A model generated the notes under the pieces. The model had not been told where the DNA came from, did not search any database, and was given only the letters and a program-made list of their open reading frames with translations. DNA of 64,000 bases, taken from a virus. Lineage: Duplodnaviria; Heunggongvirae; Uroviricota; Caudoviricetes. The position numbers and the translations under genes were made by a program. Shown here piece by piece: positions 16,651 to 25,451 of this stretch (position 1 is the stretch's first letter; every line of letters starts with the position of its first letter). The stretch lies in IMG/VR virus record IMGVR_UViG_3300009537_004349; one strand, given 5' to 3'.

Positions 16651-17677
16651 GATTCTCCATCACAGCCCAACCAGCCTGTGGTCGGATGGTAAAGTCATCA
16701 TCTTGTGCTGCACCAACAAGCCCAGCAACGAACTTCATTTTGATATCTGTACCTAGATATTCCCATACAAACGGGACAGATGAAATACCTAGAGGAAAAT
16801 CATCTGGATTATTACCAGAGAATCCGCCACCAGTATTCCACTTCTCAACGAATGGATTCTTTCTATCGCGTACCAGGTAGGGAAACAAGGTATTCACCCA
16901 TCCAGTCACATACGGTCCACCAGAACCACCACCAATCTTGTACAGCGAACGCCAGAAGTCTTTGTCTACATTTCCCTCTGCCGACTCTTTTACTTTTTCA
17001 AGCACAGGTAGTAGATGGTCAGTCCACCACTCAAGCCCGAACTCGCTCATGTAAGAGGCTTTGTCGATTAGCTTCTGCCAATCTTCAGGCTCTCCCTCAA
17101 GAGTAATGCTTGGGAAACCACAAAGAGTTCGGCAGATATAGTCAAAGTAGTTCTGCATAGCATCCATAAGTACAACTTCAGATGCTGCCTTCTCTAACAC
17201 ACCAGTTGTGCTAAAGTTACATACGATTAGGTCTCGCTTCTTACCGATATAGTCTGATATCTTATCGCTAAACTCATCGAAGCAACCCTCCCAATCATTA
17301 TCAGGGGAGCCTTTGACGAAATGGTCTCTGCGAACAATAATCTTTTTCTTACCCTCAAAGTCTACAAATTTCTTACGTAGCTTCTCAGCGTTAAGATTGA
17401 TATGTGTTGCAAGTCCACCAGAAATCGTGAGCCAGAACGCATCAGGGGATAGGCTCAAAGGACGATGTTGGTCAAACGCCATATGAATAGCTGACAATAG
17501 ACCGTGCTTTGTATCATTGATTAGCGGTGTATTAGACCAGGCTTCAATAGGTGGCTTCTCTAGCTCACCATATAACTTTCGCTTGCCCAGCTTGTTATCT
17601 AAAATAACTTTCGTATCTACTGTGTGCAATGGCTCCGTGGCCATCTGAACATCGTCTACTTGAAACTGAATGGACAT
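16640..17677 (-). CDS. hypothetical protein (345 aa)
   Basis: Long ORF; glycine-rich segments GGGSGGP, GGGFSG; no assignable family. Confidence 0.55.
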   Translation of the reverse strand: MSIQFQVDDVQMATEPLHTVDTKVILDNKLGKRKLYGELEKPPIEAWSNTPLINDTKHGLLSAIHMAFDQHRPLSLSPDAFWLTISGGLATHINLNAEKLRKKFVDFEGKKKIIVRRDHFVKGSPDNDWEGCFDEFSDKISDYIGKKRDLIVCNFSTTGVLEKAASEVVLMDAMQNYFDYICRTLCGFPSITLEGEPEDWQKLIDKASYMSEFGLEWWTDHLLPVLEKVKESAEGNVDKDFWRSLYKIGGGSGGPYVTGWVNTLFPYLVRDRKNPFVEKWNTGGGFSGNNPDDFPLGISSVPFVWEYLGTDIKMKFVAGLVGAAQDDDFTIRPQAGWAVMENHDG

Positions 17678-17697
17678 TTGCCTACCTTTATTCGAAA

Positions 17698-17774
17698 TGG
17701 TAGGCCCGGAGGGACTCGAACCCCCAACCTGGCCGTTATGAGCGGCTCGCTCTGACCAATTGAGCTACGGGCCT
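17698..17774 (-). tRNA. tRNA-Met (anticodon CAU; elongator-type or Ile2 precursor)
   Basis: AGGCCCG acceptor, TAGCTCAATTGG D-arm, loop CTCATAA, GGTTCGAGTCC, CCA. Confidence 0.7.
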
Positions 17775-17915
17775 TTATTATTTATAGAGACTCCAGTCTT
17801 ACTTTTAGAATCTCTAATGCTTGTACAGCAGCCTCAACCTCTTGAGATGTACCAAACTCCGCTGGCTCATCCATGATTTCCTGTTGAAACTTTTCAAGCT
17901 CTTTAATTGCTTCTT

Positions 17916-18140
17916 TCATTCCACTAACTCCAACACTCTGCGCATCACCCTAGCGATGCCTTTCTTACTGCAACCATATCCACCAGACGACTCTAGCATG
18001 TCAATCACCTTGAATGCTAGTTCACCAATCACAGCATCTTCAGCAGCAGCTTTCAGGGCAGGCTTTACATCATCAGAGGCATTGGCTCTGATAACATAAT
18101 CATAAATATGCTCTTCATCACCAATCTTAGCAAACGCCAT
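17916..18140 (-). CDS. hypothetical protein
   Basis: 74-aa ORF. Confidence 0.4.
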   Translation of the reverse strand: MAFAKIGDEEHIYDYVIRANASDDVKPALKAAAEDAVIGELAFKVIDMLESSGGYGCSKKGIARVMRRVLELVE

Positions 18141-18486
18141 ATTTATTCTCCATACTCATGATATGCCTTTCGAGACGGGCAATCTCATTGTTCCATCTTT
18201 CCACTGATTGGAGGCTAATCTTAAGACTCTGTTTCATACCTCGAAGGCTTTGTCTTCGTCTCTTTACATAACACTCAATAGCTTCCTGCTTTGAAGTGAA
18301 GAAACTTCTGTTGTATTCTAATCGAATCCAGCCACTAGATGTTTTAATTCGATAACCATATGCATCTTTATTTTTGGTTTTAACCTTGTACTTGGTCATG
18401 CCATCTCCTGGGTATACAACATACATCCATTGTCCTGGTCGCAATCTCTTGTACAATTTATCTAGCTCTGTTTCTTTCTTAGCCAT
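18127..18486 (-). CDS. hypothetical protein
   Basis: 119-aa ORF. Confidence 0.45.
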   Translation of the reverse strand: MAKKETELDKLYKRLRPGQWMYVVYPGDGMTKYKVKTKNKDAYGYRIKTSSGWIRLEYNRSFFTSKQEAIECYVKRRRQSLRGMKQSLKISLQSVERWNNEIARLERHIMSMENKYGVC

Positions 18487-18701
18487 CTTAGGTCTTCCTT
18501 GATATCTTCTAGATTGGCATTAACTATCTCAGGCTTAGCACTAATTATCAATCTTTTATCTAGGTCTAATCCTCTAATAGCCTCTCTTATTCTTCGCTTA
18601 ACCTTATTCCTCACTACTGCTTTCTTGCTCACCTTCTTGCTCACCCGAATCCACACTTTGTCCTTGGAGTCTTTTGAGAAATAGATTTTCATGTTCTTCA
18701 T
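18462..18701 (-). CDS. rnpA: ribonuclease P protein component (RnpA-like, short form)
   Basis: VSKKVSKKAVVRNKVKRRIREAIR matches the RnpA RNR motif (A-x-x-R-N-x-x-K-R-x-x-R); downstream ...ISAKPEI...L..DL..L also RnpA-like. Confidence 0.65.
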   Translation of the reverse strand: MKNMKIYFSKDSKDKVWIRVSKKVSKKAVVRNKVKRRIREAIRGLDLDKRLIISAKPEIVNANLEDIKEDLRWLRKKQS

Positions 18702-18936
18702 TTTCCCAATCCTTTATAGACTCAGAGTGCCTCTTTAGGGTATCGAAGTGCTTACCATTAGCAATCTTCTCAAAGACTTCACGAGGCAAGCGGACTGTCA
18801 CTCGTTGACCATCAAACTCCCATTGTGGTTTGCCCAGCTGGAGGTAGATAGCATCAGGCTCCATGCACTCTAGATACAGATGAAAATCGGTATCATCATC
18901 TGCATTCTTGTATTCCACGGTAACCTTGGTGCTCAT
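18604..18936 (-). CDS. hypothetical acidic protein
   Basis: 110-aa ORF. Confidence 0.45.
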   Translation of the reverse strand: MSTKVTVEYKNADDDTDFHLYLECMEPDAIYLQLGKPQWEFDGQRVTVRLPREVFEKIANGKHFDTLKRHSESIKDWENEEHENLFLKRLQGQSVDSGEQEGEQESSSEE

Positions 18937-18937
18937 A

Positions 18938-19540
18938 CTACTCTCCTTGCACTACCACATGGGTAATATTGCCCTGGTCATCTAGTCGGACATAACCACG
19001 GAGTTGGTCATCGAAAGGCTCACAGTCGAAACCATACCCCATGACATCATCAAAGTCATCTGCCGGGTCAAGGTCAGAATCTCGCTCGCTGGAAGTAAAC
19101 CAGTTAGACAAGTCAGTCGTCTCAGCAAATTGTGCATCAGTAAGTGGCGACGTAAACTCTGCATCGAGTGCAGGGCGGTTGTTCGCACACCAATCTACTA
19201 TAGCCTGACGGCAAGTGTTGTAAAGTGCTACTCGTTCAAGTGCACCAGGCCCAGGCCCGGTCGAAGCTGGGACAGAATCATCATCCTCTGTATCAACCTC
19301 GTCGCCTGTATCTGTGGGCATTACAAAGGGAGTATCGTGAGAAATCCCAGCAATGTGCAGATGAGCAGCATAAACCTCAAAGCTTTCTCTCATATAGGGC
19401 TGGAAGTCATCCAAAGCCTCGACCGCATCTTCTCGTGTGAAAAATACTCGGTCATCATGAATTCTTGTCTCGTTAGGCAGCGAACCATCTCCTGGCTTTG
19501 CTGCAATCACATAAATCTCGTGTGCTACACCATTAGGCAT
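18938..19540 (-). CDS. hypothetical acidic protein
   Basis: 200-aa ORF. Confidence 0.5.
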   Translation of the reverse strand: MPNGVAHEIYVIAAKPGDGSLPNETRIHDDRVFFTREDAVEALDDFQPYMRESFEVYAAHLHIAGISHDTPFVMPTDTGDEVDTEDDDSVPASTGPGPGALERVALYNTCRQAIVDWCANNRPALDAEFTSPLTDAQFAETTDLSNWFTSSERDSDLDPADDFDDVMGYGFDCEPFDDQLRGYVRLDDQGNITHVVVQGE

Positions 19541-19955
19541 CTTTATTTTCCTTTTTAGTTAATACCTTGTAAAAACCAGAAATATCTTTTAGCTCCACGT
19601 TCCATCGCCCGTTCTTGTATTCGAGGGATTCACCAACTTTAATGAACCCTCCACTTTCCCAGGCCCATGAGACATACATGGAGCTATCACATGACACATA
19701 GTATCCTTCTTTTGCCAGAGCAATAGCTATCGCTAATCTCTTGGTAAAGTTCCATGCTAGTGTCCATCCAACAAAATAAAACACTCTGTTTTCACCTGAC
19801 GACACGGCACGTTTAATGTCGCTTTCCACCTTTGCCAGCTTTTTCTGGAGCCATAGTGGACGCTCCTCTACCATAGCCTCGGCTTTCTCGATCATATCAC
19901 TATACTTTACGCCGTAAGCTTTCAGTAAAGTATGTGCGTCAGATGCATTTAGCAT
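19533..19955 (-). CDS. hypothetical protein
   Basis: 140-aa ORF. Confidence 0.5.
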   Translation of the reverse strand: MLNASDAHTLLKAYGVKYSDMIEKAEAMVEERPLWLQKKLAKVESDIKRAVSSGENRVFYFVGWTLAWNFTKRLAIAIALAKEGYYVSCDSSMYVSWAWESGGFIKVGESLEYKNGRWNVELKDISGFYKVLTKKENKDA

Positions 19956-20165
19956 TTACTTAACCTCTCTTGCCACCCAGTTATGATTCTTCCACTGGTT
20001 AAATTGCTCTTTAGTCACAGCTATAAGAGTGGCACCGTCACAATTTCTGGCTGTGATAAACTCTTCGTCTCCATTACTCTTAACTCTGTAGAAAGCATAA
20101 AGCGGCGTACTATCAATTCCGGTATAGCCATACCTAGATTCGTCTAATACAACCTTAACGCTCAT
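19956..20165 (-). CDS. hypothetical protein
   Basis: 69-aa ORF. Confidence 0.45.
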   Translation of the reverse strand: MSVKVVLDESRYGYTGIDSTPLYAFYRVKSNGDEEFITARNCDGATLIAVTKEQFNQWKNHNWVAREVK

Positions 20166-20766
20166 CAGCCATTAGCTTTTCTACAATGTTATACACGCCA
20201 GGATTCAATTCCTTAATCCTGGGCACTAACTCGTGCCTGATATAGTTCCTCTTGTACTTTGTGTCTACATTAGATGGGTCTTCTACCCAGTTATAACCAT
20301 GCCAGTTCATGTAGTTTTCGATATCTTCCCGCTTCCACAAACGGAATGGCCGAATACAATTTTTGTTACTGTATTTAATGGTACCAGGATATCCTCGAAC
20401 CATCGTACACATGATGTACTCTTCCAAGCAATCATCGAAGTTGTGGGCAAGAATAACCGGCTCTGAAAAACTATGAAAGAAGTTGTACCTCTTCTCTCTC
20501 CACCAAGCCTCCCTAGATTCCCCCTTTGGTGGCTCCTCTTCTAAGATGTGCCACTTGCAAGTAACGCCGTAGTATTCCTTCATAGACAGCACAAAATCAT
20601 ATGCCTCGTCAGAATACAGCCCTGTCTTGTGGTTTACATGTAGCATTCCCAAGAGATTATCTTTCCTTGACTCTTTGTAGAGCCAATGAAATGCTGCCAT
20701 GCTATCGATACCACCACTCACAGCAACCCAATACTTTTTAGGCAATGGATGTGTCAGTCTGAACAT
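20155..20766 (-). CDS. tilS: tRNA(Ile)-lysidine synthetase-like PP-loop ATPase (TilS N-terminal domain)
   Basis: VAVSGGIDS PP-loop, HVNHKTG and AHNFDDCLE motifs as in the TilS catalytic domain. Confidence 0.65.
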   Translation of the reverse strand: MFRLTHPLPKKYWVAVSGGIDSMAAFHWLYKESRKDNLLGMLHVNHKTGLYSDEAYDFVLSMKEYYGVTCKWHILEEEPPKGESREAWWREKRYNFFHSFSEPVILAHNFDDCLEEYIMCTMVRGYPGTIKYSNKNCIRPFRLWKREDIENYMNWHGYNWVEDPSNVDTKYKRNYIRHELVPRIKELNPGVYNIVEKLMADER

Positions 20767-20954
20767 AGTTGTTCACCAAGTCTTCTTAGAGTTCTAAGAT
20801 AACCAGGGAGCCGCATCGCCTTTTCCTGAACAATATTAGCTCCCATGCCACCGAATCCTTTATCTAGTCTCACCTTAGCTGCGTATGCCCTATAAGCATC
20901 TCGCACTTCAACTTGACATCTTTTAAGAATCCGTTCCTCTTGTTGCTTGTCCAT
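20754..20954 (-). CDS. hypothetical protein
   Basis: 66-aa ORF. Confidence 0.4.
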   Translation of the reverse strand: MDKQQEERILKRCQVEVRDAYRAYAAKVRLDKGFGGMGANIVQEKAMRLPGYLRTLRRLGEQLCSD

Positions 20955-21345
20955 CTTCTACTGCCTGCTTAATCAAATCTGGTGGAAGCACATCATCCAC
21001 TGCTACCACATCGTAAAAACGAAGGGATGTAAGTTCGTATAGTTTTTCGAATTGCTCATCAGTTAGACCGCTGAGATTGAGTTCATAGTGGTCATTTGTG
21101 TCAATACCGAGACTATCTAAGAAGTCTACCATGCCACCCGCATCAATTTCATCTAGGCCATAACAATACTGACCAATTTCGTTTCTCTTCAACTCCTCGA
21201 TATTCTTCTTCTGACAGTACAAATTAGCCAGCTTCTTGTCATGAAAAACTTTTACAGGCTCACCATTACTACCACCTTGGTTGTTGTAGTATACTTCATC
21301 GTTATACTCGAACCCAATCCTAACTAGGACGTACATCGTGCTCAT
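20923..21345 (-). CDS. hypothetical protein
   Basis: 140-aa ORF. Confidence 0.5.
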   Translation of the reverse strand: MSTMYVLVRIGFEYNDEVYYNNQGGSNGEPVKVFHDKKLANLYCQKKNIEELKRNEIGQYCYGLDEIDAGGMVDFLDSLGIDTNDHYELNLSGLTDEQFEKLYELTSLRFYDVVAVDDVLPPDLIKQAVEDGQATRGTDS

Positions 21346-21748
21346 CTTCTTGTTCCTTTCTTACTAACTTGGCCAGCTTCTCTACGAAAAACTTAGGAAA
21401 CGAAAACCACGCTTGCCTATCCAGGTGCTCATAGTAATCATTCAGAGACGGAATCCAGCCCAAATCTTCCTTGATATGTTGTTCGGCGATGTCCCTCACC
21501 TGTACTTTATTACCATCGCTGTTGGTAATATAGGTCGTCTTTATAATTGTTCCATCTTGCTTCTGAATAAAATCACCAAAAGCTTTTTCAACTATGAAAC
21601 ATCCAAAAGCATGATGTAATGCTGCTCTGTGTCTAGCATCAGCCATTACAGCCTTTGAAGAGTCCATAAAGTTGTGAATCTCGATATAGTCTTCAGGTAT
21701 GCCTCCCCATAGCTTGGCACTGTTTCTTGCGTGCCTGTATGGTTTCAT
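21320..21748 (-). CDS. hypothetical protein
   Basis: 142-aa ORF. Confidence 0.5.
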   Translation of the reverse strand: MKPYRHARNSAKLWGGIPEDYIEIHNFMDSSKAVMADARHRAALHHAFGCFIVEKAFGDFIQKQDGTIIKTTYITNSDGNKVQVRDIAEQHIKEDLGWIPSLNDYYEHLDRQAWFSFPKFFVEKLAKLVRKEQEDEHDVRPS

Positions 21749-22158
21749 ATTGGCAACTCCTCCACTACAAGCTTGGCAATCTCTGCATCAGACAGGGACT
21801 TGATAGAGTCCTTATTCCCCCCTCTAATTTTCACGAGAATGTCCCTGCAAATCTCTGGGGTAAGAGCCTCGGCACCAAATTCTTGATTAAACATCTCTAC
21901 TCTGGACCAATCAGGAGCCTCTACTAGATTCTCTACATCCAGGTCACACAGGTTTCTTATAGCCATCAACATTACGTGTTCTACATAATGCCTATCACAC
22001 ACGGGGATGCTTAGTTGTCCCTTGAACATCAGCCGATTATTCACGCCACCTTCGCAGGCTGAACCCATATTCCATACACAAGTTAATGGGCTCGTGTCTT
22101 CACCGTCTTTTCTTTTTTCTATGTTCTGTGAAAGAAAGACTGCACTTTCTTTAATCAT
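21745..22158 (-). CDS. hypothetical protein
   Basis: 137-aa ORF. Confidence 0.5.
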   Translation of the reverse strand: MIKESAVFLSQNIEKRKDGEDTSPLTCVWNMGSACEGGVNNRLMFKGQLSIPVCDRHYVEHVMLMAIRNLCDLDVENLVEAPDWSRVEMFNQEFGAEALTPEICRDILVKIRGGNKDSIKSLSDAEIAKLVVEELPI

Positions 22159-22268
22159 CGTCGTCTCTTTTCCTACACTTAAGTTTATCTTGTTCCTTCT
22201 TTTTATTTTTAATAGGGCCAGCAGAATTGCGAAACCACGCTATCACTGCGCCCCAATCACGAGGCTTT

Positions 22269-22472
22269 CTAGCTTTGGTCTGCTTCTTTTGCTTTTTCCT
22301 CCGCTTTCCTTTTGACATTTTTGATACCCTCGTTTAGATTGCCGAGAAAGACACCAGCGGTTCGTCCTAGAAACTCTACATAGGTCTCCTCATAAGCAGG
22401 ATCGTTGTATGTCTTGAAACTCCAGTATCCCAGAGTAAACATGCCAACACCAATCACAAGCCATTCTAGCAT
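22269..22472 (-). CDS. hypothetical small membrane protein
   Basis: 67 aa with N-terminal TM helix. Confidence 0.4.
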   Translation of the reverse strand: MLEWLVIGVGMFTLGYWSFKTYNDPAYEETYVEFLGRTAGVFLGNLNEGIKNVKRKAEEKAKEADQS

Positions 22473-22825
22473 TTCTTCTTGCCCCTTTTCTTTCTAATAA
22501 CTTTAGTCCTTTTAGTAGGTTTTTCTCTTAGGTCCATAGTTGCTCGGGCTAGCAGCACAACCAATTTGCCCTGTTCGATTTTATCCTCGTACAACTTACC
22601 TAAGTATTTCTTTTCCTCTTGAACGAATTTCTGATACAGCTTTTCATCTTCCCAGCCGTTGTTAGATATGGCCACAAAAGTTTTAACCAGAGCCTCAGGA
22701 AATTTCTTACGCTGTTGTTCGTTAGTTTCAGGCTCATAGTTTGTGGACTTAGGTATCCTGCTCCTGCGTTTTCGTCTTTTCTTTTTGGGCATAAATCCTA
22801 ACCTTACCTGATAAAATATCCACAA
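22466..22825 (-). CDS. hypothetical basic protein
   Basis: 119 aa, K/R-rich termini. Confidence 0.45.
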   Translation of the reverse strand: MWIFYQVRLGFMPKKKRRKRRSRIPKSTNYEPETNEQQRKKFPEALVKTFVAISNNGWEDEKLYQKFVQEEKKYLGKLYEDKIEQGKLVVLLARATMDLREKPTKRTKVIRKKRGKKKC

Positions 22826-23023
22826 ACTCTTGTAGACTTATTATTCGTTTTATGCTTCCACTAAAGCTCCACTTCTCAAACTCTGTACGTTCATTAAGGG
22901 AAAAACTCTTACCATCCTTAAAAATGGCGCAACCCAACTCATCAATGGTGCGTTTCAAACAAAGCACATCGCAATAGATTGTAAAAATATAATCGGGAAC
23001 GCCAACAGGATTTTTGTTTAGCT

Positions 23024-23097
23024 TGGCTGGGGAAGAAGGACTCGAACCCTCACTACTTGGGCCAGAACCAAGCGGCCTGCCATTAGCCGATTCCCCA
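23024..23097 (-). tRNA. tRNA-Gln (anticodon CUG)
   Basis: TGGGGAA acceptor, anticodon arm CTTGG-TTCTGGC-CCAAG, GGTTCGAGTCC, CCA. Confidence 0.65.
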
Positions 23098-23334
23098 TTT
23101 TGATTTAGAATAGCCATATGAAAGTAAATGTTAGAGACCATCTATTTAAGTCATAGCTTCTGGCATCAGCACAAATACTCGTTGAATTATCTGACCAACA
23201 TGGATGAGCAAATGCATGTATCATCCATATGTCTTTATTCAAGAACCTTACAATAGGATGCACAGGCTTGGGCGGTAATTTTGGCGGAGGATCAAATGGT
23301 CCACATAGCATCATAGCTATCACCGCCGCCTTTA

Positions 23335-23592
23335 TCATTTGTCTACGTATTCAACTACATTATCCAGGAAGTGCAAAACAGTTTTCTTAATAAACTCTTT
23401 AGACATGCATTCGGTATAGCACACTACCTTATCACCCTCTTTGACGAAACCAAACTCGCCAAAGCCTACACCTTTTGCTCCCCACTGCAATAGGAAGCCG
23501 CCGTCATTATGTGGGTGTTTGTCCCAAGTTTGTAATTCGGTATAAACAAACTCTGGATTTTCTCTTGCCGCCTTGAGTTCTTCAGGCGTCAT
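23335..23592 (-). CDS. hypothetical protein (start at Met43 after the tRNA)
   Basis: Track ORF 23335..23718 begins inside tRNA-Gln; ATG at 23590-23592. Confidence 0.45.
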   Translation of the reverse strand: MTPEELKAARENPEFVYTELQTWDKHPHNDGGFLLQWGAKGVGFGEFGFVKEGDKVVCYTECMSKEFIKKTVLHFLDNVVEYVDK

Positions 23593-23606
23593 ATCGAATA
23601 ACGATT

Positions 23607-23680
23607 TGGCTGAGGAGGAAGGACTCGAACCCTCATTACCTGGGCCAAAACCAGGCGTCCTGCCATTAGACGACTCCTCA
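23607..23680 (-). tRNA. tRNA-Gln (anticodon UUG)
   Basis: TGAGGAG acceptor, anticodon arm CCTGG-TTTTGGC-CCAGG, GGTTCGAGTCC, CCA; paralogous to the 23024 tRNA. Confidence 0.65.
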
Positions 23681-23698
23681 TCGGGTTGTTGAGGACCG

Positions 23699-23890
23699 TC
23701 ACTTTGATTGCCAGTCATGATAAGCTCTCCATTCTTCGCTACTTTTCCACTTCTGACCTATATCAGTGTGTAGAAACTCAGCAAATTTTTCAATAAAACC
23801 AGGCTGATGGAACAGTTCGTCAAAGCCTCTGTGAAATCTAGAGGCCCAAAACAAATCGTGCTGAATTTTTAGTAGTTCCACCCGTCTCAT
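23699..23890 (-). CDS. hypothetical protein
   Basis: 63-aa ORF. Confidence 0.4.
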   Translation of the reverse strand: MRRVELLKIQHDLFWASRFHRGFDELFHQPGFIEKFAEFLHTDIGQKWKSSEEWRAYHDWQSK

Positions 23891-23927
23891 ATTTGTTATT
23901 ATACCTGGTTAGTCTCCATCGTCAAGT

Positions 23928-24302
23928 TCATTTTGTCATTTGGGCTCGTGCTTTGATGTATTCCATTAAAGGGATAACATTAACATGCTTTTTGAACCAC
24001 TCGTTTCTTAGTCTCAAGACCTCTTGAGAAAGCTCGGCAGATGGCTCTACTCCTAATTGCTTGGCTACATTCACGGGATTTAATCCACTGTATTTGCTCA
24101 CTGCCCATAAGGGATGAACAATCCTACGTGCCATTGTGGTAGCCCAGCTAAGACTATTCCAGAAAAACTTACCTCGCATTTGTACGGGCTTGCCATCTAC
24201 CAGAACAATGTATCTGCCCTCAGGATTAAACTTTGAGAAGTTATATCGGGCAGCCTTGTTAATAAGTTTCTTTACTTCCAGTTCTTGTTCTTCAGTAAGC
24301 AT
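23928..24302 (-). CDS. hypothetical protein
   Basis: 124-aa ORF. Confidence 0.5.
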   Translation of the reverse strand: MLTEEQELEVKKLINKAARYNFSKFNPEGRYIVLVDGKPVQMRGKFFWNSLSWATTMARRIVHPLWAVSKYSGLNPVNVAKQLGVEPSAELSQEVLRLRNEWFKKHVNVIPLMEYIKARAQMTK

Positions 24303-24485
24303 CTATCTTATCACCTTAAGTTTTCTTTCCTCTGTCAGCTCTATCTTTCTTTCGTCTAGTAAATCCCACATATACTTGCGCGCTTCATAAGGCAAGCCAT
24401 CCTTAAAACCCATAACTCTTGCCAATTCCGTTGGACATAATCCATCTGGGTTTAGGCTAAGAATATATAGAATTACCCCTCTCAT
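24303..24485 (-). CDS. hypothetical protein
   Basis: 60-aa ORF. Confidence 0.4.
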   Translation of the reverse strand: MRGVILYILSLNPDGLCPTELARVMGFKDGLPYEARKYMWDLLDERKIELTEERKLKVIR

Positions 24486-24826
24486 TTTAGTTCGTACTTA
24501 TACAACAGCCTCACAAGCATTTTCGCTCTAGCAGAAGACACATCGCACTTTAACATTTGCACATAATCATCTGGATTTTGGGATACTGCTGTACACCTTT
24601 CATAAAAGTACAGGGCGTTATTAAGATTACCTTTTTTGAACTCCCTGTCGCCCCATCGCCTTAACACCCAGGCAATAAATGAAAGCTTCTTATACAAGTA
24701 GCTCATTGCCCAGTCCCGGAGCAGTACATCATTTATAAAGAAGATTTTTCTACGCCAGCCTCTTATGCCATCTAGATTGCCGTGATGAAGTAACCATTCT
24801 GCGACAATCTTCTTCATTCTCAACAT
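24482..24826 (-). CDS. hypothetical protein (start moved to Met18, downstream of the rnpB 3' end)
   Basis: Track ORF 24482..24877 overlaps the RNase P RNA P4/P1 3' strands; ATG at 24824-24826. Confidence 0.4.
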   Translation of the reverse strand: MLRMKKIVAEWLLHHGNLDGIRGWRRKIFFINDVLLRDWAMSYLYKKLSFIAWVLRRWGDREFKKGNLNNALYFYERCTAVSQNPDDYVQMLKCDVSSARAKMLVRLLYKYELK

Positions 24827-24832
24827 GTTCGA

Positions 24833-25240
24833 ATCTCGGAGTAAGCCTGTAAGCTGGATTCTGTCTAGTGCAATCATTCATCTAGGCTTACCATTACTGA
24901 TAAGCTCAAGCCTCTTACCCGCCAGCACATCGAGCCAATGTATAGCTGGTCTATTTTGAGTTGCAACACCTAGAGTTTAGCCGTTTCACCCTTGTTACTT
25001 ACCTGGGGCAGTACCTTCCACAACTAGTGAGAGCGGCCATCCCCTTATAGGCTCTCAGGGTTTTATTGGTTGTAACAAGACTCGTCTCTGTTCCACTAGT
25101 CCTCACCTCACGGTGGATGGGCGTTACCCACTAGGTTGCTCTGTGTTGTCCAGACTTTCCTCTGCATAGCCACAAGCTAAAGTTTTCAGTGGCGGCGGAC
25201 GCAAGCTCCTTGTATGCAGCGATTGCACGGATTACTCCGT
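24833..25240 (-). ncRNA. rnpB: RNase P RNA, bacterial type-A-like (rnpB)
   Basis: Minus strand carries conserved RNase P blocks in order: AGGAAAGTCTGGAC, GGGTAACGCC, ACAGAGA...AACC, GATGGCC, CAGGTAAG...GGGTGAAA, GGCTAAACTC, CAAAATAG, GGGTAAGAGGCTTGAGC, CCTAGATGAATGA, ACAGAATCCAGCTTA. P1 pairing CGGAGTAA (25232-25239) with TTACTCCG (24837-24844). No ORF at or above the 60-aa track cutoff across this 365-bp gap. Confidence 0.75.
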
Positions 25241-25244
25241 TATG

Positions 25245-25451
25245 TTAGCCTGTAACCCGAACGTCCTTAGCTTCCTTACCCTTTTTGCCTTGAACGACAT
25301 CGAATTCCACGCTCTGTCCATCTTGCAATGACTTAAAGCCATCACTTTTGATAGCGGAGAAGTGTACGAATACATCTTGTCCTCCGTCATCAGGAGCGAT
25401 AAAACCGTACCCCTTAGACTCACTAAACCACTTTACTGTACCTGTTGCCAT
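25245..25451 (-). CDS. cold-shock protein (CspA family)
   Basis: [34 protein letters not shown]... has both RNP1 (KGYGFI) and RNP2 (VFVHF) motifs. Confidence 0.9.
   Translation of the reverse strand: MATGTVKWFSESKGYGFIAPDDGGQDVFVHFSAIKSDGFKSLQDGQSVEFDVVQGKKGKEAKDVRVTG

Noticed and set aside
22749-23141. ORFs whose N-termini are tRNA sequence (22749..23141, 29838..30104, N-terminal parts of 8212..8649, 9814..10056, 23335..23718, 27362..27661, 33356..33739, 35414..35764, 38481..39773, 48186..48692, 60346..60837)
   Set aside because: Peptides such as GSNPSSP/GFEPTT are translations of tRNA T-arms; CDSs were trimmed to the first ATG downstream of the tRNA. 29838..30104 was dropped entirely (remainder overlaps a better ORF). 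22749..23141 would need a GTG start at 22965-22967 and overlaps 22466..22825, so it was not called.
24878-25244. Initial idea that the ORF-free gap after cspA is a long 3' UTR / Rho-independent terminator region or an Hfq-type sRNA
   Set aside because: The sequence matches the ordered conserved blocks of RNase P RNA and extends into the neighbouring ORF, which explains the gap far better.
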